NCBI GenBank assembly: GCA_964012805.1
Contig: CAXGUD010000008.1
Coordinates: 32,001-96,000 of the forward strand
Direction of reading: 5' to 3'
Length of the DNA: 64,000 nt
From: an uncultured Bacteriovoracaceae bacterium
GTDB lineage: Bacteria; Bdellovibrionota; Bacteriovoracia; Bacteriovoracales; Bacteriovoracaceae
The translations under genes were made by a program, and so were the position numbers. Below, in pieces: positions 37,614-46,608 of the stretch. The notes below the pieces were generated by a model, which was not told where the DNA came from, made no database searches, and saw only the letters and a program-made list of their open reading frames with translations. Within the stretch, counting starts at the first letter, position 1. Each line of letters begins with the position of its first letter.

Positions 37614-38843
37614 TTGGAGCATTTTTTAGGTTGGTTGCAAGGTAATTTACTAACTGTTTTTTCAGTGGGTGTTACCTTGGTCCTGATTTATCATTATTTA
37701 ATTGAGAAGGAAAATAGCGTTAAGCTTTCTAAGCGCTATCGAAGTAGTATTTTTGAGGCACAATCTCAGATTTTTTTGAATGCTTCACATTATCTAATTT
37801 CGGGTAATAAAGACCTTGCAATTAAAGAGTTTTTGAATGCTGTTGATCTTAATAGAGAAACGGTAGAAACCTATTTTGCTTTGGGAGAACTTTTTAGGAG
37901 TAATGGTGAGATAGAAAAGGCCATAAGTGTCCACAGGTCTTTGATAGCGAAGGAGTCTATGAACGAACAAATGAGACTTCGTGCACTTAAAGAGCTTGCA
38001 AAAGACTTTGATAAGGGAGGTTTTGTTGATAAGGCCATCGAGACTTATAAAGATGTTCTAAAGATTAACCGAGACCAAGAAGAAATAATCCTCTCTTTGT
38101 GCCGGATCTATGAGGATATTGAAGAGTGGGAGCAAGCTTTAAACTACCGGATACTTCTTTCAAAAATAGGTAGAAAAAACCAGTCAGAGACTATTTCCCA
38201 TATTCTCGTTCAAAAAGCTAAAAGCCACCTTGAAAAGGGTGATATAAGCCAATGTAATGAAGATTTAGAATTGGCTTTTCGGTATGCACCTTCTGTTTCT
38301 GCAAAAATTTTGAGGCTAAAGCTCTATTTAATTGGGGGCCATATAGATTTAGCGAAATCTCTTTTTTTTGAATTACTTCAGGAAAATCCAATATACTCGT
38401 CATTTATTTTTGTATCCTTGGAAGAGGGAGTTAAAACGAAGGGATTTAAACAAAACCACTATAGAGAGTGCCTTAAACTTATTTGGGAGTTTTTTCTTAA
38501 AATTAAAGACAATGATCTAACCCCTTCTCCATCTGTTATCTTGTCCAAAGTCAGGCTTCTGAAAGAGAAAGATCAATTTGATAATGCTTATGAAATATTA
38601 AAAGCGAGCTTTAAATCTGAGGAGAATCAATCTCAGGTCATGAAAATTGAGTATTTAAAGCTTCTTATGGACCTGGGTAAAAATGAAGAGTTTTTAGTGG
38701 AGGTTAAATCCTTTTTTGATAGTCTTCAACAATCATTAACAAGACACTTTTGTAAAAAATGTGGATATAATTCTGACAATGTTTTTTGGCGTTGCCCTCA
38801 ATGCCATGAATGGGAGACGATACAATTTAGATGGAAAATTTAG
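37614..38843 (+). CDS. lapB: LapB/YciM TPR-rubredoxin LPS regulator
   Basis: N-terminal TM, LGELFRSNGEIEKAISVH, C-terminal CKKCG...WRCPQCHEW. Confidence 0.88.
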   Translation: MEHFLGWLQGNLLTVFSVGVTLVLIYHYLIEKENSVKLSKRYRSSIFEAQSQIFLNASHYLISGNKDLAIKEFLNAVDLNRETVETYFALGELFRSNGEIEKAISVHRSLIAKESMNEQMRLRALKELAKDFDKGGFVDKAIETYKDVLKINRDQEEIILSLCRIYEDIEEWEQALNYRILLSKIGRKNQSETISHILVQKAKSHLEKGDISQCNEDLELAFRYAPSVSAKILRLKLYLIGGHIDLAKSLFFELLQENPIYSSFIFVSLEEGVKTKGFKQNHYRECLKLIWEFFLKIKDNDLTPSPSVILSKVRLLKEKDQFDNAYEILKASFKSEENQSQVMKIEYLKLLMDLGKNEEFLVEVKSFFDSLQQSLTRHFCKKCGYNSDNVFWRCPQCHEWETIQFRWKI

Positions 38844-38856
38844 TAGGACGTTAAGG

Positions 38857-39225
38857 ATGATAAAAGTTTTAATGATTCTTCTTTCTCTTTTTACCTATGA
38901 AACGAAAGCTGATGATTTTTTTATAAAGAAAAATTTTGTCATATTAGGTCAAAATCCCGTACCTAGTACGAACCCCATTAGTATTTTAAGTTGTGGTAAT
39001 AAGGTGACAGTTATCCCTCGAAAAAATCAAATATCAAAAAAATGGAGCTTTGTTAGAGTCGGTTCTTTTGAAGGCTACATAAAAGAACAATTTTTAGCGA
39101 AGAAAAAACCACAATGTTTCGAAGATAGATTTCCAAAATTTCATAATAGCTTTAGAATAAAATTATCAGAGATGTATTACTGGGCAAGGTTAAATCATCA
39201 GATTCTGGAAAATAGCCCTGAGTGA
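38857..39225 (+). CDS. Exported SH3b-like domain protein
   Basis: Signal peptide; L..G.KV.V...WSFVRVG...GYI pattern; ATG 38857. Confidence 0.6.
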   Translation: MIKVLMILLSLFTYETKADDFFIKKNFVILGQNPVPSTNPISILSCGNKVTVIPRKNQISKKWSFVRVGSFEGYIKEQFLAKKKPQCFEDRFPKFHNSFRIKLSEMYYWARLNHQILENSPE

Positions 39226-39238
39226 GGCAAGGTTTGAA

Positions 39239-40129
39239 ATGATAGGCTTTTTGAAAAAAATTTCTTTACTCACAGTATTTCTTTTCTCTTCTATAGAGGT
39301 CTTTGGTCAAGAAAAGACTCTCGATGAAAAAAAGGCTGAATTATTGGACTTTCAGTCTATAAGAAACATTTTAAAAAATGACAGTTTAGAAAAGATCGTA
39401 GAAAAAAAGAGAAAGGCGTTAGCAAATACAGTAGTTAAAAAAGAGAAAAAGATAGAGAAATCATTCTTGGTTCCAACAGAAGATGAAATATGGAATTTTA
39501 TCTCTGAGTATTGGATTGTTTTGAATGCTCAAAAGCTAAAATGGGACTTTAAAAAACCTCACTACGGTGTTGTGAGTCATTTTGAGGCGTTTTTAGAGAA
39601 AATGGGTTTTTTGGAAAAAAAATTTAAAATACTCATTTTAGATACGTCTTTAGTGACTCATTTTTCTCTTCCTGCAAACAAAAACCACTCCTTGTTTTTA
39701 TTATCTTTGCCATTTATGAGGACTCTTGATCTTACAAAACAAGAGATTTCAGTTCTTCTTTTCGAAGATTTTATAAGGTTGAATAAAGGTTATTTTCGAG
39801 ATTTTGTAAGTTTGAAAGAGTTTAAAGCTTTATTGGGTTCTAATTTTAAGAAGGGAAAGCTAAAGACAGAAAGCTTTTTCAAAGTTCATAAAAGATTTGA
39901 TCAATTTATTTTCAATAAAGGCTTCAGCTTTCAGCAACAATTTCTTGTAACTAAAGAGGTAGCTAGGCTTTTAAAAGGTCACCCAGAATACTTGTCAGTA
40001 TATATGAACCTTTTGAAAAAGATTGATTATCTTATAAAAACAAGGAAGGAGTATAAATCCTATGTGAATATATATCCTTCACCAGAATTGCAACTTAACT
40101 GGTTAAAAAGTGAAAACTCTAAGATATAA
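39239..40129 (+). CDS. Exported protein resembling an inactive M48 peptidase
   Basis: Signal peptide; THFSLP, EISVLLFEDFIR in place of ELAAVLAHExxH, FSFQQQ, YPSP. Confidence 0.5.
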   Translation: MIGFLKKISLLTVFLFSSIEVFGQEKTLDEKKAELLDFQSIRNILKNDSLEKIVEKKRKALANTVVKKEKKIEKSFLVPTEDEIWNFISEYWIVLNAQKLKWDFKKPHYGVVSHFEAFLEKMGFLEKKFKILILDTSLVTHFSLPANKNHSLFLLSLPFMRTLDLTKQEISVLLFEDFIRLNKGYFRDFVSLKEFKALLGSNFKKGKLKTESFFKVHKRFDQFIFNKGFSFQQQFLVTKEVARLLKGHPEYLSVYMNLLKKIDYLIKTRKEYKSYVNIYPSPELQLNWLKSENSKI

Positions 40130-40132
40130 ATT

Positions 40133-41005
40133 ATGACGACAGAAGCAAAAAATAATATTCTTATAAATTTCATATATTACTTATTTTTTAATATTTTGGT
40201 TTGGTTTACTCACCTATTCTTTATTTCGGTATTTACATTCTTTCACTTTATTTTGGACCATCCAGTAAACGTGATAGAGAACTGGATATATTATAATGGC
40301 TGGGAGGTGATAGCTATCACAAAGATAGTTGCTTTTCTTATTGTTTTAAAGTTTGTTAATTTGAAGAGCTTCTCAAAAGAGCCACTAAGAGACATGATAG
40401 TAGAGGGCTTTGTCTTACCGAGAAAAGAGTTTTTAGTTGTTATAATCTTTTTTATAACATCTGTTATTTTTTTGGGTAATCCTCTCGCCGTGGGTGGTCC
40501 AGACTTTAATTTTGGTAAAACTGTTTTTTCTTTTTTTTGTTTTTTATTATTTTTTCTAATTGATATTTTCACTCTTAACTCAATAGAAAGAGTCTATCCC
40601 ATAAAGCCAAGCCATTCCATTATAAAACCTTTGGTAATGCCCTTAATTTTCATGTTGTTTACAAAGTTTTCCTTTGGGTTAATTTTAGATGTAACGACAT
40701 CAAATCAAACTATTGTAGGTAAAGGAATTTATCTTATTTTTTATATACACTTTTTCTTTATTTTATTTTTAGATTACTTGGAAGGAATGAATTGGAGTTA
40801 TGCATTTATATACTTGTTTACGTTTGCCGCACCTCTAAACTCACTTTTTGGTTTTGATCCTGTTTGGGGTGAGAATTTTTCATTATACAAAATGAGAAGC
40901 ACATTTTCTCTTCTTGATATTTCTCTTTTATTTTTAGTTGGTTTTGTTTACTTATTTTTAAAGAGAAAGAAAGAGAGAGAGGCACATTCAACTTATCAGG
41001 GATAA
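40133..41005 (+). CDS. Polytopic membrane protein of unknown function
   Basis: About 7-8 hydrophobic segments. Confidence 0.7.
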   Translation: MTTEAKNNILINFIYYLFFNILVWFTHLFFISVFTFFHFILDHPVNVIENWIYYNGWEVIAITKIVAFLIVLKFVNLKSFSKEPLRDMIVEGFVLPRKEFLVVIIFFITSVIFLGNPLAVGGPDFNFGKTVFSFFCFLLFFLIDIFTLNSIERVYPIKPSHSIIKPLVMPLIFMLFTKFSFGLILDVTTSNQTIVGKGIYLIFYIHFFFILFLDYLEGMNWSYAFIYLFTFAAPLNSLFGFDPVWGENFSLYKMRSTFSLLDISLLFLVGFVYLFLKRKKEREAHSTYQG

Positions 41006-41023
41006 AAAAGGAGATGAGATAAA

Positions 41024-41713
41024 ATGTCATCTGTAGAAATGGATATTTTCAAAATTATTTTAGAATCTGGATTAGTCGTAAAATCTGTATTCATTATTCT
41101 TGTTCTTTCTTCAATTATCTCCTGGAGTATAATTTTGAAGAAGAAAAGGCTTTTGTCTCAATTAAGAGATAATGACTTGGAGTTTTTAGATGTTTTTAAC
41201 CAATCGAAATCACTAAAAGAAATTATGTATAAGGCAGAGTTGATGGACTTTTCACCTTCAAGGGCCATTTTTATTGAGGGCTATAACGAGTTAAATAAAA
41301 TTTTAGATGTTTCAGATAGGAGTCATTTCAATACCTATGGTTTTAGTTCCATTGAAAGGTCTATTGAAAATGGGATGAATGAATCAAACAAAAGATTAGA
41401 GGCTTTGCTCTCTACATTGGCGAGTATTGGTTCTGTGTCCCCTTTTATTGGGCTTTTTGGAACTGTATGGGGAATAATAAACTCTTTTACAGGCTTGGCT
41501 GGAGGAGGTGGTAGTTTAGAGAGGGTTGCTCCTGGGATTGCGGAAGCCTTGGTTGCAACTGCTGTGGGTTTAGCCGCAGCTATACCTGCCGTTTGGTTTT
41601 ACAATTACTTTACCAAGGAGAATGCTAATGCAAGGGGTGAGATGGAAAACTTTGGTAGAGATTTTTTAAATTTAATTGAGAGGACTCTTTCTAGTAAAGG
41701 GCGTAAAAATTAG
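41024..41713 (+). CDS. tolQ: TolQ (MotA/TolQ/ExbB)
   Basis: SPFIGLFGTVWGI, VAPGIAEALVATAVGL. Confidence 0.94.
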   Translation: MSSVEMDIFKIILESGLVVKSVFIILVLSSIISWSIILKKKRLLSQLRDNDLEFLDVFNQSKSLKEIMYKAELMDFSPSRAIFIEGYNELNKILDVSDRSHFNTYGFSSIERSIENGMNESNKRLEALLSTLASIGSVSPFIGLFGTVWGIINSFTGLAGGGGSLERVAPGIAEALVATAVGLAAAIPAVWFYNYFTKENANARGEMENFGRDFLNLIERTLSSKGRKN

Positions 41714-41739
41714 TAATTTTAAAAAGTGAGTGGAATCAA

Positions 41740-42156
41740 ATGGGATTTGGGGGAAATAAAAGAAATCAAATGATGTCTGAAATTAATGTGACACCTTTGG
41801 TTGATGTAATGCTCGTACTTCTTATCATTTTTATGATCACAACTCCCTTGATGCTAAATGATATAAAGCTGAAATTACCAAAAACGAAAAGAGTAAGTTC
41901 CTTAAGTTTAAGTAAAGAGCAAATTATTGTTTCAATTACAAGATCTGGTAACTTCTATTTGGGAAAACTTCCTATCCAGAGAAGTAGACTACTTACTGAG
42001 GTCCAAAAGTCTCTAGAGAAAACAAAAGCAAAGAATGTTTTTATAAGAGGTGATTATGGACTCAAGTATGGTGTCATAGCCCAGGCAATGAGTGATTTAA
42101 AATCAGGAGGGATTTCAAATATTTCATTAGTAACAGAAATAGAAAAAAAGAGATAG
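41740..42156 (+). CDS. tolR: TolR (ExbD/TolR)
   Basis: EINVTPLVDVMLVLLIIFMIT. Confidence 0.93.
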   Translation: MGFGGNKRNQMMSEINVTPLVDVMLVLLIIFMITTPLMLNDIKLKLPKTKRVSSLSLSKEQIIVSITRSGNFYLGKLPIQRSRLLTEVQKSLEKTKAKNVFIRGDYGLKYGVIAQAMSDLKSGGISNISLVTEIEKKR

Positions 42157-42166
42157 GTCTTCTAGA

Positions 42167-43141
42167 ATGAATGGATCAGTAACATTAGACTTTAAAGATG
42201 AGTTAGCTGAAGAGGAAGGATTATTAGGCAACTTTTTTTACATTTCTTGTCTTTCGCATATAGCGGTGGTCGTTTTATTTTATTTATATAATTCATCTTT
42301 TTTTAGATTCAAGGAAAAAGATCAGAGTCTAATGAAGTCTTTCGTTCGAGTGGATGTTGTTTCAATGCCGACTTTGACTATTAAGGAGCTTAAATCACTA
42401 AAGCTGGATAGAAACTTTAAAAAAAGTAAGGCGAAAGATTTAAATAGAACTGAAAGCAAACCTAAAGTTAAAGAGTTTAAAGCCCATAATAGTGTTCAAA
42501 AAGGAATTCCTAGTAAGGTTGAGAAATTAAAAGATGATTTGATTTTTAAAGAAAAGTCTAAGGCAAAGCTTAAGGAGTCCAGCAAAAAGATTAAGGAGAG
42601 AAAAGTAGATATAGTGGAAAGAATTTCAGAAACACCAAAGGATAATGTTTTAGATTTAATAAAAAATCTAGGTACAAAGAAGGTAAAGGTTTTAAAAAGA
42701 TCAAGAAAAAGGGAAAAAACAAATAACGGGTTGGGCGTAAATTTAGGTCGAAAAAATTCTAAAATTATAAAAAACCTTTTGATTGAAGGAAATAAAATAA
42801 GCAAGGGTGAAAACCTTATTGAGGGTAAGACTTTATTAAGAGAGGAAGAGACCCTTCAAATTATAAATGATTATATTTCAAGGGTAAGGCAGTCGGTAAG
42901 ATCTTATTGGAAATTACCAGAATATCTTAAGGAAAATAAGGAATATCGTTGTAGAATCCAAATATTTATTTCTGACGATGGAAGCTTGATGAGTCTTAAC
43001 GTTATAGAAAGAAGTGGTAATGAAGAATTTGATAAAAGGGCTTTGCAAACTGTTGAAATGGCTGCACCTTTCCCACCAGTAGATCCTTTGATTAGAAAAA
43101 GAGTTTTGAATGGAGACCTAATATTGGGTTTCCCACTTTAG
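42167..43141 (+). CDS. tolA: TolA/TonB-like energy transducer
   Basis: TM with SCLSH, charged linker, C-terminal SGNEEFD..A...AAPFPP; between tolR and tolB. Confidence 0.82.
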   Translation: MNGSVTLDFKDELAEEEGLLGNFFYISCLSHIAVVVLFYLYNSSFFRFKEKDQSLMKSFVRVDVVSMPTLTIKELKSLKLDRNFKKSKAKDLNRTESKPKVKEFKAHNSVQKGIPSKVEKLKDDLIFKEKSKAKLKESSKKIKERKVDIVERISETPKDNVLDLIKNLGTKKVKVLKRSRKREKTNNGLGVNLGRKNSKIIKNLLIEGNKISKGENLIEGKTLLREEETLQIINDYISRVRQSVRSYWKLPEYLKENKEYRCRIQIFISDDGSLMSLNVIERSGNEEFDKRALQTVEMAAPFPPVDPLIRKRVLNGDLILGFPL

Positions 43142-43157
43142 CTTCCAAAGAGGTAAT

Positions 43158-44522
43158 TTGATGAAAAATACTCTATTGCTCAGTTTTGTTTTTTTATTTT
43201 TCCCTTTTGGACTTAGTTGGGCTTCAAATGGTCAAATGATTATTGAAATTGGAGAGGCTGCTTTAGATAAAAAGAAAATTATTTTTCAAAGACCTTATTT
43301 AGCTGAGAAGTTTGATGTCTTTGAAGCAAAATTAATTAAAGAATTTCATTCTATTTTTTCAAATGATTTTAGCTTTTATAAAAAAAAGTTTTTTATTATC
43401 GACCCAAAAAATGAACCAGTTTCTGATTTTGATGATAAAAACTTTGAATTATGGACCAATAGGCAATTCAAGTTTATTACCCGTTATTTATTCACAAAAA
43501 ATATAAAAAAAGGTGCGATAAACTTTAAGGTGGAGCTTATTGATACTTACAATAAAGAAATTCTTTTAAGCGAGAAAGGGCATTTCTTTTCTAGAAACCT
43601 TAGAGAAAAAGCTCACGCATTAACTGATTTGATTTTTCAAAAGATAGAGAAGACTCCTTCTATTTTCAGGTCAAAAATTATTTTTGTTTCAGATATGATG
43701 TCAAAAGGCAGAAGAAAAATTAAGGAGCTTTTTAGTGTAGATTTCGATGGAAGAAACTTAAAAAGGTTAACTCACCACAAAGGCATTGTTATCTCTCCTT
43801 CGGTTTCCTCTGATGGGAAAAAAGTTCTTTACACCCTAATAAGAACGGGTAAAGGTCGTAAAAATCTTAATTTGTATTCTATGAACTTAAAAAACCGCAG
43901 ACATAGAATCATTAGCTCCAGAAAAGGAATAAATTCTGGTGCGATATTCACTTCTGATGGTCGTAAAATTATTCTTACCTTGAGCCATACGGGCAATGCT
44001 GAAATCTATGAAATTAATTTATCCAACCAGAGGTTGCGGAAAATAACACATCACTTTGGAGTTGACGTAGACCCGGATCTTTCAAAGGATGGGAAAGTCC
44101 TAACCTTTTTATCGAGTAGATCAGGAAAGGCCATGATTTATCTTGCAGACCCATCTGGAAAAGAGAAAAACGTAAAAAGGATAGGCTTTGTTGGACAATT
44201 CAATGCAACACCAAGGTTTTCTCCAGGAGGAAATGAAATAGTTTTCTCTTCTTGGATGGACAATAGCTTTGATATTTTTAAAATAAAAAAAGATGGCAGC
44301 CAAATTTATAGATTAACAAAAAACTTTGGGTCTAATGAAGAGCCGACCTTTTCTCCGGATGGAGAGTTTATAGCATTCAGCTCTTTGAAACTCAGAAAAA
44401 GGAAGAGATTATCTGTCCAAAATATATACATTATGGACAGAGATGGAGGAATAAAAGGACAGATAACGAGTAATATTGGCTACTGTACAACTCCTAGATG
44501 GTATAACCCCCCGAAAATTTGA
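43158..44522 (+). CDS. tolB: TolB beta-propeller protein
   Basis: Signal peptide, PD40-like repeats (P.FSPDG). Confidence 0.92.
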   Translation: MMKNTLLLSFVFLFFPFGLSWASNGQMIIEIGEAALDKKKIIFQRPYLAEKFDVFEAKLIKEFHSIFSNDFSFYKKKFFIIDPKNEPVSDFDDKNFELWTNRQFKFITRYLFTKNIKKGAINFKVELIDTYNKEILLSEKGHFFSRNLREKAHALTDLIFQKIEKTPSIFRSKIIFVSDMMSKGRRKIKELFSVDFDGRNLKRLTHHKGIVISPSVSSDGKKVLYTLIRTGKGRKNLNLYSMNLKNRRHRIISSRKGINSGAIFTSDGRKIILTLSHTGNAEIYEINLSNQRLRKITHHFGVDVDPDLSKDGKVLTFLSSRSGKAMIYLADPSGKEKNVKRIGFVGQFNATPRFSPGGNEIVFSSWMDNSFDIFKIKKDGSQIYRLTKNFGSNEEPTFSPDGEFIAFSSLKLRKRKRLSVQNIYIMDRDGGIKGQITSNIGYCTTPRWYNPPKI

Positions 44523-44561
44523 GCTTTGTGTCAAAAAAGTGATCACTTGAGTCTTTTTGTC

Positions 44562-44596
44562 TTGTAAAAAATACTGACACGTTGTATTATTTACAA
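44562..44596 (+). promoter_or_regulatory. Sigma70-like promoter overlapped by a 13-bp inverted repeat (candidate operator)
   Basis: TTGTAA-N17-TATTAT; TTGTAAAAAATAC-N9-GTATTATTTACAA with 1 mismatch. Confidence 0.6.
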
Positions 44597-44626
44597 ATAC
44601 TGCATCGCGCACCGTAAGGAGAAAGG

Positions 44627-46183
44627 ATGAAGGATCAATTAAATAAAAATTATTTCAGCTTAGAGAACCTCGAATCATTTTTATTTTCCACTTTGGACGA
44701 AAAAGTTTTTTTTGAAAAACTATCATCCTTTTTAATTCAAGAAATAAAAGTCGATAGGGTTCTTTCTTATTATCTTCAAGATGGTGGGGAAACTCTTAAA
44801 CTGATCGCTGCAGCGGGGAAAAAAGGAAGAGAGCCAAAGCCAACTCTTGTTAATCAAGGAGCTGGTGCTTGTGTAATTAGAACGAAGAAGCCTTATTTTT
44901 CTAATAATGTTTCTAGAGACCCAGTTTTTTGTAGTGAGTTGAAGGAAGGACTTGCTTCTGAATTATGTGTGCCAGTACTTCACGAAGGGGTTGTTATGGC
45001 GACACTTCACTTTCAAAATTTTTCGAAAGGCTTCTCTTTTGATGAAGAATGTCTTTCTTCAGTAAATGAAATTATTCGAAAAATAAGCAAGCCTCTTTCA
45101 AATATGAAAATGTATTTAACTGCTAAGCTTTTGAATGAATCTCTTTTAAAGAAAATTGAAATTCAGGAAAAGAAAATTCAGGACAAAGATAGCAGCCAGG
45201 TAAGCAATCCCTTATTTAAGGCAGAGGATAAAAAAATAATTGCAAACTCTGATAAAATGTTAAAAGTTCTGAGTTTGGCAGAAAAACTATCTTATACTGA
45301 TATTAACTTTCTTATTAAAGGTGAGAAAGGTACGGGTAAAGAGTCAGTCGCGAAAAGAGTTCATTGTAAAAGCTCAAGAAAAGAAAAGCCGTTTGTTACC
45401 GTTGACTGTAGCTCTTTAAGCTCACTTGATTTAAATAATAGGTTGTTTGGGCTGGATAAGCCTAAGGGCGAAAAAGGGAATAGTTTCCAAAAGGGACTTC
45501 TTGAAATCGCCGACGGTGGAACTCTTCTCCTCAAAAACGTTGAAAGATTAGATGAGGATATTCAATGCAAACTCAGTCACTTTTTGAAAGAAAAAATGGC
45601 TTATCGTATAAACGGAAGGTCACCTTTTTCATCAAATGTTAGAGTTATTGCAACGACTAATATAGATTTAGACCAAGAAGTTTTTTCTAAGCAAACCTTT
45701 AAAGAAGACTTGTTCTATAAATTGAACACGTTTACTCTTGAAGTTCCAAGCTTGAAGGAAAGAAAAGAAGACCTGCCTTCATTAGTAGGACATTTTCTGT
45801 CTACAAAAGAGTTTATGGTAAACGGGGAAGAAAAATCCTTGTCTCCAAGAGCAATGAGCAAGCTAGCTCAACATATTTGGCCAGGTAATGTATCTGAGCT
45901 CCAAAGTGTATTAAAGAAGAGTATTTTGATGACTCAAAGCGGTATAGTCGAAATCTCTCACCTCCCTGAATTGGCAACGATGGACATAGATTTAGAGGAT
46001 AAGGATAAGGAAGAAGAAGTATTCGTAGAAATGACTTTAGGTGATCTTGAAAAGAAGCATATTTGTAGAACTCTGAGCTTTCTAGGCGGTAATAAAACAA
46101 AGACAGCAAAAACTTTGGGAATTACTGTAAAGACTCTTTATAACAAGCTGCATAGCTATGGAATGATTACTTCGCAGAGTTAA
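44627..46183 (+). CDS. GAF / sigma54-interaction-like AAA+ / Fis-HTH regulator with degenerate motifs
   Basis: SELCVP GAF motif; GEKGTGKE; WPGNV; GGNKTKTAKTLGITVKTLYNKL; no GAFTGA. Confidence 0.9.
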   Translation: MKDQLNKNYFSLENLESFLFSTLDEKVFFEKLSSFLIQEIKVDRVLSYYLQDGGETLKLIAAAGKKGREPKPTLVNQGAGACVIRTKKPYFSNNVSRDPVFCSELKEGLASELCVPVLHEGVVMATLHFQNFSKGFSFDEECLSSVNEIIRKISKPLSNMKMYLTAKLLNESLLKKIEIQEKKIQDKDSSQVSNPLFKAEDKKIIANSDKMLKVLSLAEKLSYTDINFLIKGEKGTGKESVAKRVHCKSSRKEKPFVTVDCSSLSSLDLNNRLFGLDKPKGEKGNSFQKGLLEIADGGTLLLKNVERLDEDIQCKLSHFLKEKMAYRINGRSPFSSNVRVIATTNIDLDQEVFSKQTFKEDLFYKLNTFTLEVPSLKERKEDLPSLVGHFLSTKEFMVNGEEKSLSPRAMSKLAQHIWPGNVSELQSVLKKSILMTQSGIVEISHLPELATMDIDLEDKDKEEEVFVEMTLGDLEKKHICRTLSFLGGNKTKTAKTLGITVKTLYNKLHSYGMITSQS

Positions 46184-46249
46184 ATGGAATGAATGAAAAA
46201 AAAACTTTATAATCTTGTTTTAAAATTATAAGACTAAGGGAGATAAATA

Positions 46250-46465
46250 ATGAGCGAGGAATTAATGTTAGAGGAAAATAAAGAAAAGAAAACTCCCCAG
46301 GAAAACTTCATTACGCTTAGAAATTTTAGAAAGTCACCAGAAGTTGAAAATTTCTACAGGTTCATAAGTGAAAACGATTTGAGAAGGGAAGCTCAGATGA
46401 TCTTAGAGGTTATCACTTCAAAAATAGCTCAAAAAAAGAAGAAGAAATCAAGAAAGATCCAATAA
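46250..46465 (+). CDS. Small hypothetical protein (71 aa)
   Basis: Strong AAGGGAGA RBS; basic C-terminus. Confidence 0.75.
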   Translation: MSEELMLEENKEKKTPQENFITLRNFRKSPEVENFYRFISENDLRREAQMILEVITSKIAQKKKKKSRKIQ

Positions 46466-46489
46466 AAAATACAAAAAGACACCCAATAA

Positions 46490-46528
46490 AGAAGGCTCTG
46501 TTAATAAACCTTTCCGAGTCTTCTTCTC
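46490..46528 (+). terminator. Possible terminator hairpin
   Basis: AGAAGGCTC/GAGTCTTCT stem with a long loop and a weak U tract. Confidence 0.3.
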
Positions 46529-46572
46529 ATGCATTTTATAATTGTCCTATCTTAACTGGTAAAAAATAAAAC

Positions 46573-46600
46573 TAAACTATTGAGTTGTTATAGACGAAAG
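46573..46600 (+). promoter_or_regulatory. Sigma28-like promoter just upstream of the HD hydrolase
   Basis: TAAAC-N15-GACGAAAG, 8 nt before ATG. Confidence 0.4.
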
Positions 46601-46608
46601 AGCAACGT

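Noticed and set aside
40133..41005. CPBP/Abi protease assignment
   Set aside because: No EExxxR or FxxxH motif pair can be supported
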